Positions 51,475-61,256 of a DNA stretch of 64,000 nucleotides are shown here, in pieces. A program made the position numbers and the translations under genes. How positions within the stretch are numbered: the first letter of the stretch is position 1; each line of letters opens with the position of its first letter. Under the pieces are notes generated by a model. The model was given only the letters and a program-made list of their open reading frames with translations. It had not been told where the DNA came from and did not search any database. This stretch comes from Myxococcales bacterium (GTDB lineage: Bacteria > Myxococcota_A > Polyangia > Polyangiales > Polyangiaceae), in the NCBI GenBank assembly GCA_043747615.1, contig JAYTOU010000077.1:64826-128825 (forward strand), written 5' to 3'.

Positions 51475-52275
51475 TTACGCGACGCGCGCCAGAAGCTCTT
51501 GGCGCGCGGGAGCGTACGGGGGAAGAAGGCTTAGGACGCCGAGGGCAACGCCTTCGGCCTTTGCGCTGGATCCGGCTTGTGCATCCGGTGGAAGCTCCAC
51601 CGCGAAACCCCGCTCGAGCGCATCTTTGGCCGTGCAAAAGAGGCCGATCTCGGTGAGACAACCGGTAAGAACGAGCGTGTCGACCTTGAGCTCGGCGAGC
51701 ACCTGTTCGAGATCCGAGCGCGAGAACGCGCTGTATGTCGGCTTGTGGACTACGCGATCTCCGGGCTGCGGAGCGAGTGCCGGCCACACCTCGCCTCCCT
51801 CCGTGCCTTCGATGGCGTGCCCGCCCCAGAGCTCGAGATCGGCGTCGCCCGGCTTGTGTTGATCGACGATGTAGATGACCGGCACACCTTCTTTTCGTGC
51901 CGCCTCGAGGCGTGTCGCGATGGCGGTAACGATGTTCCGGGCGCGGGGCACTTCGAGAGGACGACCAGGCGTGAGGTAATCGACGATCATATCGACTACG
52001 AGAACCGCACGTTTAGGCGCGTGGACTCGGCGTGACGCGAGGGTGGACAGAATGCGGGCGCGCAATGCAGCTGCTGGAAATGTCTCTGCGGGGAGGCCCG
52101 CGGCCAAGCTCACCAGCGTCTCGCTGGTTTCGCGGTACGCGTTGGTCAGGTCTTTGCCGACTTGCTCCGAGGCGGTATCGACCGCCAAGCGCATTAGCCG
52201 CTCAGGCCGCCCTGCCAAAGCGATGGCGAGCAGCTCGGCATAAAGCTCTTCTTCCTGATCGTCCTGGTTCGCCAT
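51475..52275 (-). CDS. Isochorismatase/cysteine hydrolase family protein with N-terminal helical extension
   Basis: AVLVVDM, HKPTYSAF, TGCLTEIG and DALERGF. Confidence 0.85.
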   Translation of the reverse strand: MANQDDQEEELYAELLAIALAGRPERLMRLAVDTASEQVGKDLTNAYRETSETLVSLAAGLPAETFPAAALRARILSTLASRRVHAPKRAVLVVDMIVDYLTPGRPLEVPRARNIVTAIATRLEAARKEGVPVIYIVDQHKPGDADLELWGGHAIEGTEGGEVWPALAPQPGDRVVHKPTYSAFSRSDLEQVLAELKVDTLVLTGCLTEIGLFCTAKDALERGFAVELPPDAQAGSSAKAEGVALGVLSLLPPYAPARQELLARVA

Positions 52276-52389
52276 GAGTTACTTACCTGACCGGGCAGCG
52301 AAAAGAAGGCGTCTTTCTACCCCAAATGACTACGCGTGGGGAGACTCCGCGGATCGCCCATGTTCCGGGAGATCGGCTAGGCTCGCTCG

Positions 52390-54039
52390 GTGATCGAATC
52401 TCCCATCATGGGCTTCAATGCCTCGCGCTCTCTCATCGTCGAAGAGGTCGTCAAGCGTACGTCCGATGCGGTGAAGGACCCCCTCTTCGCCCTCAACGAC
52501 ACAGCGTACCAGGAGATGCGGCGCCTATCGAGCACCCATGGGGACGAGCTCGCCTCCTGGCGAAGTCTCGCGAGCTCCCTCGGGCGGATGCGGGAGGAGG
52601 ATCGCAGGGCACGCCTCGTCGAGCTCGCCGAGAGATACGCCTGGGACGTCGCCGGGAATTTCGATCCGCGGGTTTACAAGTTTGCGACGAGGGCAGGGGT
52701 GCCGCTCCTGGGCGCGCTCCTGTCGCCGCGCACCATGTTCAAGAACTTCGCCCACATCGGCGACATGCGGGCCCTCGACGCGCGGATGGTGATCCAGGGT
52801 CCAACCGAGCACATTCGCAAGCTGCAGCAGCTCGGCACGTTGATCTTCACGCCCACCCACCTGTCGAACCTCGACTCGGTGGTCTTCGGGTTTGCTCTCG
52901 AGCGCGCCGGCCTTCCTCCAGCCGTCTATGGAGCTGGAAAAAATCTATTCACGAACCCCGTGCTCAGCTTCTTCATGCACAACCTCGGCGCCTACCGCGT
53001 CGACCGCCGCCTGAAGCATGCACTCTACAAAGACGTCCTCAAGAACTACTCCTGCGTGCTTCTCGAGCGTGGTTACCACAGCTTGTTTTTTCCTGGCGGG
53101 ACGCGATCGCGGTCGGGCGCGGTCGAGCGAAAGCTGAAGCTCGGTCTGGCAGGGACGGGGATCGAAGCCTTCGCACGAACGACGGAGCGCGGGCGTCCGC
53201 AACGAATTTTCTTCGTGCCGGCCACGATCAATTATTTGCTCACGCTCGAAGCGGAAACGCTGATCGACGACTTTCTCCAGGAAGAGGGGAAGGCGCGCTA
53301 TATCATCGAAGACGACGAATCCACTCGTCTCGGGCGGGTGGCGGCGTTTGCGCAGAAGCTGCTCGGGCTCGATGCGGCGGTGATCATCCGGTTTGCTCCG
53401 CCAATGGACTGCTTCGGAAATCTCGTGGACGAAACCGGACGGAGCTTCGACTCCCACGGGCGCATGGTCGACGCCAAGAGCTACATCCTCGGCGAAGGCG
53501 ACAAACCGAGCCGCAACGCCGCCCGCGATGCGCAGTACACGCGCGAGCTCGGAGATGTGATCTGCTCCGCGTTCAAGAAAGCCACCGTGGTGATGTCGAC
53601 CCACCTCGTGGCGGCGGTGGCGTTCGACCGCCTACGCCGTTCGGTGGGAAGCAACGAGCGCGAAGATATTTTTGCCCTCCTCCGGCACAAAGATGACGTG
53701 GTGGTGCCCCTCGCCGAGTTCCACGATGAGCTCGCGAAGCTCGTGGCGCGCGTGAAGCGCCTCGCCGAGAAGAACGAAATCGTCCTCGCTCCAACGGTGG
53801 AGAACGCGAGCGCCGAAGCCATTCTGACCGAAGCGCTGCGGGCTTTTGCGGGTTACCACTCGAACGAAGTCATCACCCGCCGGGGCGCGAACCTCGTCCT
53901 CGCCGACACCCGCCTCCTTTTTTATTACCAAAACCGCCTGGCGGCGCATGGGCTGGGCGCCGACCTCATTGGACCCCACCCGAAGCCCCTCGAAGCCAGG
54001 GGGGCAGGCACTTCGACGAGTTTGCCCTCGCAGACGTGA
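52390..54039 (+). CDS. Glycerol-3-phosphate acyltransferase (PlsB-like)
   Basis: HX4D motif PTHLSNLD, AGKNL, FFPGGTRSRSG and LKLGL. Confidence 0.85.
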   Translation: MIESPIMGFNASRSLIVEEVVKRTSDAVKDPLFALNDTAYQEMRRLSSTHGDELASWRSLASSLGRMREEDRRARLVELAERYAWDVAGNFDPRVYKFATRAGVPLLGALLSPRTMFKNFAHIGDMRALDARMVIQGPTEHIRKLQQLGTLIFTPTHLSNLDSVVFGFALERAGLPPAVYGAGKNLFTNPVLSFFMHNLGAYRVDRRLKHALYKDVLKNYSCVLLERGYHSLFFPGGTRSRSGAVERKLKLGLAGTGIEAFARTTERGRPQRIFFVPATINYLLTLEAETLIDDFLQEEGKARYIIEDDESTRLGRVAAFAQKLLGLDAAVIIRFAPPMDCFGNLVDETGRSFDSHGRMVDAKSYILGEGDKPSRNAARDAQYTRELGDVICSAFKKATVVMSTHLVAAVAFDRLRRSVGSNEREDIFALLRHKDDVVVPLAEFHDELAKLVARVKRLAEKNEIVLAPTVENASAEAILTEALRAFAGYHSNEVITRRGANLVLADTRLLFYYQNRLAAHGLGADLIGPHPKPLEARGAGTSTSLPSQT

Positions 54040-54111
54040 CGTCGGGCGCGACTATGCGCTATGGTGCGCGCCCTTCGCCGCCTCGAACGGCCCGATTTAA
54101 GAGAATTTCCG

Positions 54112-56268
54112 ATGACCATCCCCGATCTCCACGAACACTCCGAACCGGCCGCCGCCGTCCCGCAGGCAGCGCACGCGGAAAACGATGCTGCGCCGAATGC
54201 CCGCGTTGACGCTGAAGCTGGCGACGCGCACGAAAAAGACGACGAAGAAGGCGACGCCGCCTCCGGCGACGACAAATCCGAAAAGCCCGGAGGCGCGGAA
54301 AGCTCGACTACGGGCGATGCGCCAAAGAAGCGCCGTCGTCGCAGGCGAAAGAGCGCGGCCCAGCGCGCGGCCGAAGGCGGAGCCGTGCCGGCCGCGGGAG
54401 GCGCAGCGAGCGGTGACGCAACGGAAGGCGCCGTAGCGGGAGAGGGCGCTCCTGCCGTCGAAGGCGAGGCTCCAAAAGACGGCCGCAGAGATCCGAAGAA
54501 GCACCCGAAAAAAGAGAAGCGCGATCGCCCGCCGCGTGATGCATCCCGCGAGCGTCCTGCGTTCAACGTCGGCGACGTCGTCTTCGGCAAGATCCTCGAC
54601 ATCGGGGACGACGCCATCCTCATCGATCTGTCCGGCAAGGGCCGCGCGGTGTTCGACAAGCTCGAGCTCTTGCTCCCCGAGGATTCGCCTGAAGAGATCG
54701 AGCGCGATGCGCGCCGCGCCGAGGCCGAGGCCGAAGCGATCATGACAGCGGGCAAAGAGCCCGTCGAAGGAGCACCCGCGGAAGGCGAGTCCTCTGAAAC
54801 CGAATCGGAGACGGCGAGCTCACCGTCCGAGACGCACGAGCGCAGGATCATCGTTGCCGCCGCCGCCGTCGAAGCAACCGCGATCAGCGAAGGCCCGACC
54901 AACCCGGAGTCGCCGACCGAGATCGACGGCGAAGCCGCCGCAGCGGCAACAACGGAACGAACCGCAGAGCCGCCCGCCGTCGCCGCATCTGGCGAGGAGA
55001 CCAAGGCACCTTCGCTTCCGAAAGTGGTGCTCGAAGCGGGCGCTCCCTTCGTGGGCGTCGTGCACAACGACGGAGGCCGCGGAGGCTACGTCGTCCTGAC
55101 CCACCATCCCCGCCGAGCATCGAAGGCGAAGCCCGCCGTGGCCGCCGCGCTCAAGAACAAGACCGAAGTCTATGGCCTCGTCACCGGCGTGATCAAAGGC
55201 GGCGTCGAGGTCGACATCGACGGCGTTCGCGCCTTCGCGCCGGGCTCGCACATGGATCTTCGCCTCGGGGCGGATCTCGGCCACCTCATTGGAAAGCGGC
55301 TGCCGTTTCAAGTCACCCAGTACGGCAAGCGCGGTCGCGACGTCGTGCTGTCGCGTCGTTCGATGCTGGCGTCCGAGGCAAAAGCAGCGCGCGAGCATGC
55401 GCTAGCAAGCCTCACTCCGGAGACCACAGTCGACGGCGTCGTGAAGAGCGTCGTGTCGTTCGGCGCTTTCATCGACGTCGGCGGAATCGAAGGTCTCGTG
55501 CCGCTCACCGAGATGAGCCACAACCGCGGCGATCGTCCGTCCGATGTATTCAAGGCCGGCGAGACGGTGCAAGTGAAGATCCTGCGCGTCGACGAGAAGG
55601 GAAAAGTTTGGCTCTCGCGCAAGGCGACGACGCCCGACCCCTGGGCGGAGGCAACGAAGAAGTACAGCGTTGGAACGAAGCACACGGGCAAGATCGTTCG
55701 CCTACAGCCGTTTGGGGCGTTCATCGAGCTCGAGAACGGAATCGACGGGCTCATCCACGCGGCCGATCTCTCGATGAAGCGCTTCGAGCATCCAAGCGAA
55801 GTGGTCAACGTCGGCGATCCGATCGACGTGGTCGTCTCTTCTCTCGATCCGGGAACGCACAAAATCGCGCTCCATCCCGCACCCACTGGCGCCGCTGCGA
55901 ACGAAGAGCCCCAGCGCGTCCAGGTCCACAAGGTGCTCAAAGTCCAGGTCGTGGCGATCGAAGCAGGCGGGCTCGTCGTTCGCGTTCTCGGCGCAACGGG
56001 TCGCGCGGCGCGAGGCTTCATCACTTCAATGGCCACCGGCACGCCGCGGGGCACGGAGCTTCGAAAAATTTTCCCGATTGGGAAAGAGCTTGACGCGAAG
56101 GTCATGGAGATCGATCCCCGCCGCGGCGAGGCGAAGCTCTCCATCAAATCGATGCATGAAGAGACGGAGCGGAACGCGTACCAGTCGTACCGCCAGCAAG
56201 TGAAGCGCGAGGCGAAGTTCGGGACGTTTGCCGATCTGCTCGCGAAGAAGAACCTCCCGCAAAAATAG
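54112..56268 (+). CDS. Ribosomal protein S1-like multi-S1-domain RNA-binding protein with disordered N-terminus
   Basis: S1 repeats (FGAFIDVGGIEGLV, FGAFIELENGIDGLIH); C-terminal FGTFADLL. Confidence 0.85.
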   Translation: MTIPDLHEHSEPAAAVPQAAHAENDAAPNARVDAEAGDAHEKDDEEGDAASGDDKSEKPGGAESSTTGDAPKKRRRRRRKSAAQRAAEGGAVPAAGGAASGDATEGAVAGEGAPAVEGEAPKDGRRDPKKHPKKEKRDRPPRDASRERPAFNVGDVVFGKILDIGDDAILIDLSGKGRAVFDKLELLLPEDSPEEIERDARRAEAEAEAIMTAGKEPVEGAPAEGESSETESETASSPSETHERRIIVAAAAVEATAISEGPTNPESPTEIDGEAAAAATTERTAEPPAVAASGEETKAPSLPKVVLEAGAPFVGVVHNDGGRGGYVVLTHHPRRASKAKPAVAAALKNKTEVYGLVTGVIKGGVEVDIDGVRAFAPGSHMDLRLGADLGHLIGKRLPFQVTQYGKRGRDVVLSRRSMLASEAKAAREHALASLTPETTVDGVVKSVVSFGAFIDVGGIEGLVPLTEMSHNRGDRPSDVFKAGETVQVKILRVDEKGKVWLSRKATTPDPWAEATKKYSVGTKHTGKIVRLQPFGAFIELENGIDGLIHAADLSMKRFEHPSEVVNVGDPIDVVVSSLDPGTHKIALHPAPTGAAANEEPQRVQVHKVLKVQVVAIEAGGLVVRVLGATGRAARGFITSMATGTPRGTELRKIFPIGKELDAKVMEIDPRRGEAKLSIKSMHEETERNAYQSYRQQVKREAKFGTFADLLAKKNLPQK

Positions 56269-56292
56269 GCTTTCCCGTGCGCGACGGCGAAG

Positions 56293-57597
56293 TCAGATCA
56301 ACCGCCGCGCCTTGATCTCGAGATAGCTCTTCACGAGCTGCGGTGTCACGTCGCCCGGGTTGGCGTCGAGGACCAGCACGCCCGAGTTTCGGAGCGAGCG
56401 AATGAGCGAGTCGCGCCACGCCAGGGACTCTGCCGCTGCGGCGCGGATGTAGAGATCGGTACCCGTTCGTACCGGAAGGCTCGCCAGCGACTCCACGTCC
56501 AGATCGCGCATGAGAACGCACAGCGGAAGGTGACGCGGCAAGAGACCACGAAGAGAGGCGGCCAGCTCTTTTGCAGAACGCGGCTCGAGGAGATTCGTGA
56601 AAATGACGAGGAGCGAGCGCGCCCGCATTTGGGTGCGCAAGAACGTCATCGCCGCGCGGTAATCGGTGGATGCAAACCCGGCCTCGAGCGCATAGACGGC
56701 CCGGGTGAGCTTGCGTCCCCCCGCGCGCCCGCCGCTCGGCCGGAGGAACGTGCGCGGCGTATCGTCGAAGGCCATCATCCCCGCTTTGTCTCCGCCGCGG
56801 AGGGCAACGTCGGCGGCGAGGAGCGCTGCGTTGAGCGCGTGATCAATGCTCGTGAGGCCGCCTGATTCGCCCCGCATGCCCCGGCCCACATCGAGCGCGA
56901 ACATCACGTTCTGGTTCGATTCCGCCTGAAATTGCCGGACGGTGAGATCGTCGCGTCGCGCCGAAGAACGCCAGTCGACGTGGCGAACTTCGTCTCCACG
57001 CTGGTACGGACGAAGGCGCTCGAACTCGGTATCGCCGCCGCGCACGCGGAGCGACCCCAGACGCGCATCTTGCCGGCCTTGGCGTCTCAGCATCTCCAGC
57101 GAGCGCGCAGCGTGTACGTCCGGATAGACGTCGACCCGCGCCGGCAACTCCGTCCGCTCTTGCCGCGCCATGAGCCCGAGCGCCGACGAGTAACGCACGG
57201 TGACCGCGCCGAGATCCCGAGGCCCGCGCCGCGTGGGGGTGATCTCGTACTCGATAGTCACCGAAGCGTGAGGCGGGAGGAGGAACGGGGCCGGCAGCGC
57301 GGTGGTCGTGGCCTCTCCGATCGGATCGTCGCTGACCGTTCCGCGAAGCGTGCGTCCGCTCCGATTCTTCAAAAGCAAGGTGACGACGTTTGCACGTCCG
57401 ACCGAGAAAATGGCTGCGATGCGCCGCTCGACCTCCACCCGCCGGCCTACGGCGAAGAGCGCATCGACCACGGCGCCGAGCACAATGACTGCGTCGAGAG
57501 CGAAGAGTGGGACGCGCCACGAAGTCACGTATCCCGCGACCACCGCGATGAGCGTGGCGATGCTTGCGAACGCGGCGAGCCTCTTCGTGGGGATCAA
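56293..57597 (-). CDS. DUF58 family protein
   Basis: EFERLRPYQRGDEVRHVDWRSSAR; DVGRGM (MIDAS-like). Confidence 0.92.
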   Translation of the reverse strand: MIPTKRLAAFASIATLIAVVAGYVTSWRVPLFALDAVIVLGAVVDALFAVGRRVEVERRIAAIFSVGRANVVTLLLKNRSGRTLRGTVSDDPIGEATTTALPAPFLLPPHASVTIEYEITPTRRGPRDLGAVTVRYSSALGLMARQERTELPARVDVYPDVHAARSLEMLRRQGRQDARLGSLRVRGGDTEFERLRPYQRGDEVRHVDWRSSARRDDLTVRQFQAESNQNVMFALDVGRGMRGESGGLTSIDHALNAALLAADVALRGGDKAGMMAFDDTPRTFLRPSGGRAGGRKLTRAVYALEAGFASTDYRAAMTFLRTQMRARSLLVIFTNLLEPRSAKELAASLRGLLPRHLPLCVLMRDLDVESLASLPVRTGTDLYIRAAAAESLAWRDSLIRSLRNSGVLVLDANPGDVTPQLVKSYLEIKARRLI

Positions 57598-57619
57598 AAG
57601 AGTCGCTTCGGCTCAGCGG

Positions 57620-58576
57620 TCAGACATTGCGCGGAACAGGCGCATTACGTAGGAGATCCGCGATTCGATCATCGGCGGTCACACCTTGCAGCTGCGCATC
57701 CGGGTGGAGCATCACGCGATGCCTGAGGACGGCGGCGACCATCGGCTTCACGTCATCGGGCGTCACGAAATCACGCCCGCCGCTCGCCGCAATCACTTGC
57801 GCCGCCTTGAGCAGCGCGATGGATGCGCGTGGCGAAGCGCCGAGCTCGATCGCGCGATCGTCACGCGTCCGCCGCACGAGGTCGACGACGTAGGCCACGA
57901 TGGCATCATCGGCGCGAACCGACTGAGCGTACTTCTGCATGGCCACCAGCTCTTCGGGGCGGACCGTTGCCTCGAGGCGCGAGAGATCCGAGGGATCGAA
58001 TCCGTCGGCGTGGTTGCGCACGATGGTCTGCTCCACCTCGCGCGGAGGGTCTAGTACCGTGAGCTTCACGAGGAAGCGATCGAGCTGCGCCTCGGGAAGC
58101 GGGTACGTCCCCTGCGACTCGACTGGGTTCTGCGTGGCGATGACCACGAAGGGCTGTGGCAGTGCGCGCGAATTTCCGTCGACGGTCACTTGCCGGTCTT
58201 GCATGGCCTCGAGCAGCGCCGATTGCGTCTTCGCCGGCGCGCGGTTGATCTCGTCAGCCAGCAGAAGCTGCGTGAAAATCGGCCCGGCGATGAAGGTGAA
58301 GCCGCTCGTATGCCGATCGAACACCGAGGAGCCCGTGATGTCGCTCGGCATGAGATCGGGCGTGAATTGGATGCGCTTGAACGTGCATCCCGACACCACG
58401 GCGAGCGTGCGCGCCACGAGGGTTTTTCCGAGTCCGGGCGCGCCTTCCACGAGCACGTGCCCTTGCGCGAGCATGCCCACCAAGACGCCGTCGACGAGCT
58501 CATCTTGGCCCACCACCACCTTGGCCATCTGCTTCTTGATGCGCTCGAAGGTGCTCGCAAATCCGGTCGCGTCCAT
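57620..58576 (-). CDS. moxR: MoxR family AAA+ ATPase
   Basis: GAPGLGKT, RIQFTPDLMPSD, DEINRAPAKTQSALLEAM and GTYPLPEAQLDRF. Confidence 0.96.
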   Translation of the reverse strand: MDATGFASTFERIKKQMAKVVVGQDELVDGVLVGMLAQGHVLVEGAPGLGKTLVARTLAVVSGCTFKRIQFTPDLMPSDITGSSVFDRHTSGFTFIAGPIFTQLLLADEINRAPAKTQSALLEAMQDRQVTVDGNSRALPQPFVVIATQNPVESQGTYPLPEAQLDRFLVKLTVLDPPREVEQTIVRNHADGFDPSDLSRLEATVRPEELVAMQKYAQSVRADDAIVAYVVDLVRRTRDDRAIELGASPRASIALLKAAQVIAASGGRDFVTPDDVKPMVAAVLRHRVMLHPDAQLQGVTADDRIADLLRNAPVPRNV

Positions 58577-58593
58577 TCGTTCCTCTTCTTGCC

Positions 58594-60474
58594 TCAGTCC
58601 GCCTTCATGGCGGCTGTGTAGATTGCACTCAATTGCTTCAGCACGTTCAGCTCATCGCCTTGCGGCGCATCCCCCGCGCGGACGTTCATCGCCCGGCGCC
58701 ATACCCGAGCGCAATCCTCGGGGCTCGCTCCCGAACGTTGCGAGAGAAAAAGCACGGGATCGCTTACACCGCGCGGAAGCTTGGTGCGCAGCCGTTCCGA
58801 CGCATAGCGCGCGTACGCCGCAAGGGCGTGGGGGGCAGAAGCCGTGCGCGCATAGAGCGCTCCCGTTGCCTCGACGTGCTCGCTGAAAGCTCGGCGCTGG
58901 GGAGGCCTGGTCGGCTTCGGCCGCGACACCCGCGCACCCACCGCGAAAAATGCGAGGAGCGCCGCCCCGAGAGCGTGCCACATGCCGAGGCCGAGCCCCG
59001 CGCGCGCTAACCCCGAGATCGGATTGGTGGGCGGAGAAATCCCATCCTCCGGCCGCGTCGTGCGGATCTCTTTGCGATCGACGTTGCTCAGGATCGCCAC
59101 CAACGCAGCGGGATTTTCGGGCCGCGTGAGCGAGGCATTGGTGAGAAGATCGCCGTTGGCTATTGCCAGGATGCTCCCTTTTTTCATCGGACGAATGGCC
59201 GCGTACGTCTTTTTGTCACCGGTGAGCGCAACGACCGTGGCCTTGTCGTCTGCCCATTCGAGCGCGGCGGCTTCAGCAACCTTGCCGTGATCGATCCTAA
59301 CCGGATCGATCGAGCCCTCGCCCTCGGCGTCGCTCGCGGTGTACACGGCGATGTCCCGCGAGGTGGTGGGCTCCTGCTTGAGACCCAGCGCGGGCCAGTT
59401 CTCCGGCTGGCCGGTGAGAATGAGAAAGCCTCCTGCCTCGACCCACTCGATGAGATGGGTCTGCGTATCCGGCTCGAGGAGCGTGCGCTCACCGTCGATG
59501 AGCACTGCGGCGGGAAGCTCGGCATCGCCCTTCGGAATGGGTAGGTTGGCGAGCGACCCTCGCAGGTGGGAGACCTTCATGTCTTGTTTGCGCAGGAGCT
59601 CCGTCATGAGCTCGTTGCCCGCCGGATCAGAGTTGATCGCCGGTACGCGCTGGTTGCAGGCTCCTAGGGTGAAGAGAATCACGAGGCCCAAGGGAAGGGC
59701 GCGCACGAGGGACGTCGCTCGCGTCGCCGCCTTCGCCACCACATCGGAAGATGGCTTCTGCCCACCAAATTGGGCCCTGTCCACCTCGAGCACGAGCTCG
59801 CGTAGCGGGGCGCGAGCCTCTTCTTCTTTGCAGCCACGTACGTATTCGCCGTTCGTTCGATGGCGCGCGACGCGAATGGCTCCGCGGGTATCGAGAGCAC
59901 GAAGCGAGGCATTCAAGTACGTGAAGAGAGCCGCATCGAAGTCGCCTTTTCGCGCGTGCTCATTGGCGCGGCGAAGGAGCTGCTCGGCGTCGGTGGTGGA
60001 GATCAGCTCTTCGACGGCCACGGTCTTCTCCGTGTCCGAGCGGGGCTCGACGTTCGGATCGACGAAGGTTCGATCGCGTCTCCGCCGCAGAAGGTACTGA
60101 ACGATCGGAAAGAGGATTATCGCAGCGACCGCGATGATCAGGAGCCACACCCCCACTTTGGCGATGAGCGCCAGCGCGGCCTTGAACGCGTCGCTCCAAG
60201 CAGAGTCTTTCTTTTCTTCGCGGGTCGGCAGCTTCTCAAGAAGGCACGCTTCGGAAAATCCAGCGCAGCGCGTGAGCTCGCTCGCAAACGGGCAGAGGTC
60301 GCGCGCCCTTCGTGACAGAGGCTTTCCGGGGTTGGTGCAGAATGCGTCGCGATCCTTGCGGACGGCGTCGGCGTCGGCCTGGGCATGCGCAGGATCGAGC
60401 GCGGCGATGGAAGGGCGAGTCATGGTCGACGAGACCGTCAGGATCGCCACGCTGAAAAAGAGGACACGGGTCAC
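58594..60474 (-). CDS. DUF4129 + DUF4350-like fusion membrane protein
   Basis: RHRTNGEY..DRAQFGG (DUF4129-like); LIEWVEAGG..LLTNASL and FSEHVEATGALY (DUF4350-like). Confidence 0.7.
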   Translation of the reverse strand: MTRVLFFSVAILTVSSTMTRPSIAALDPAHAQADADAVRKDRDAFCTNPGKPLSRRARDLCPFASELTRCAGFSEACLLEKLPTREEKKDSAWSDAFKAALALIAKVGVWLLIIAVAAIILFPIVQYLLRRRRDRTFVDPNVEPRSDTEKTVAVEELISTTDAEQLLRRANEHARKGDFDAALFTYLNASLRALDTRGAIRVARHRTNGEYVRGCKEEEARAPLRELVLEVDRAQFGGQKPSSDVVAKAATRATSLVRALPLGLVILFTLGACNQRVPAINSDPAGNELMTELLRKQDMKVSHLRGSLANLPIPKGDAELPAAVLIDGERTLLEPDTQTHLIEWVEAGGFLILTGQPENWPALGLKQEPTTSRDIAVYTASDAEGEGSIDPVRIDHGKVAEAAALEWADDKATVVALTGDKKTYAAIRPMKKGSILAIANGDLLTNASLTRPENPAALVAILSNVDRKEIRTTRPEDGISPPTNPISGLARAGLGLGMWHALGAALLAFFAVGARVSRPKPTRPPQRRAFSEHVEATGALYARTASAPHALAAYARYASERLRTKLPRGVSDPVLFLSQRSGASPEDCARVWRRAMNVRAGDAPQGDELNVLKQLSAIYTAAMKAD

Positions 60475-61256
60475 GTGCCCACCTCGCCTTCAGAGGCGTG
60501 GGCGACGATCGCCGCGAAGCGGGTTTGGATGTCCCAGCCTTCGGTGCGCGTCCGCAGGTTGATGTAGATGAGGAACCGCGCCGTCGCCAGGTACGGAACG
60601 AACAGCCAAAATCCCATGAGAGAGAGCGCGCCGCCACCGGTGACGGTGACGCCATCTGGGGCCTGGATTTCAAGCAGATCTTCGAGGATCGCGCGGCCGA
60701 CGGCGTCCCCCAAAAACGGCGAAGCAACGAAGAGACAGAGAAGGAGCAGGAAGCCGACCATCGCGTCGCCGAACTGGCCGGAGAGGATCCGCTGCGCGCG
60801 TACGAGGGCGCTCACACCACCGGCCCTCTCGAGAACTACGACCTCGGGCACGAAGAAGAGGCCGGCCGCCATCCACGCCGAGGGAAAGATGAGAAAGACG
60901 AAGCCTCCGGCAACGACGACCGCCTGAAGGATGCGGGCAAGGAAGAGCCTGGGGAGCGTGTTGGACGCGGCGGTGAAAGCGTCGAGCGCGCGCACGTTTA
61001 CGTCGAACATCAGTTTCGATGCGAGCGCGGTGAACGGTGCTTGCGCGAAGAGCGACAGACCCAACGCCGCGGCCCATCCCCACCACCATCCAAAGGTCGA
61101 GCCTATAGCCCAGCTAACCCCGAAGGACGGAAGGAGCACCATGAGCGAGAGGCGGCCATAGACCGCGACGTGCGTCGCAAGAAAACGCACGCTCAGATCA
61201 AGAACATCGACGAGCGGCCGATCGCGCAGCGCTACCTGGGTATGAAGAACGTTCAA
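60471..61256 (-). CDS. Membrane protein of the MoxR cluster
   Basis: VALRDR..DVLDL and YINLRTRTEGWDI; multiple TM; 4-nt overlaps on both sides. Confidence 0.8.
   Translation of the reverse strand: MNVLHTQVALRDRPLVDVLDLSVRFLATHVAVYGRLSLMVLLPSFGVSWAIGSTFGWWWGWAAALGLSLFAQAPFTALASKLMFDVNVRALDAFTAASNTLPRLFLARILQAVVVAGGFVFLIFPSAWMAAGLFFVPEVVVLERAGGVSALVRAQRILSGQFGDAMVGFLLLLCLFVASPFLGDAVGRAILEDLLEIQAPDGVTVTGGGALSLMGFWLFVPYLATARFLIYINLRTRTEGWDIQTRFAAIVAHASEGEVGT

Noticed and set aside
52326..53696. 456-aa same-strand alternative-frame ORF overlapping the acyltransferase
   Set aside because: Arg/Pro-rich off-frame translation; the acyltransferase motifs are in the 52390 frame.
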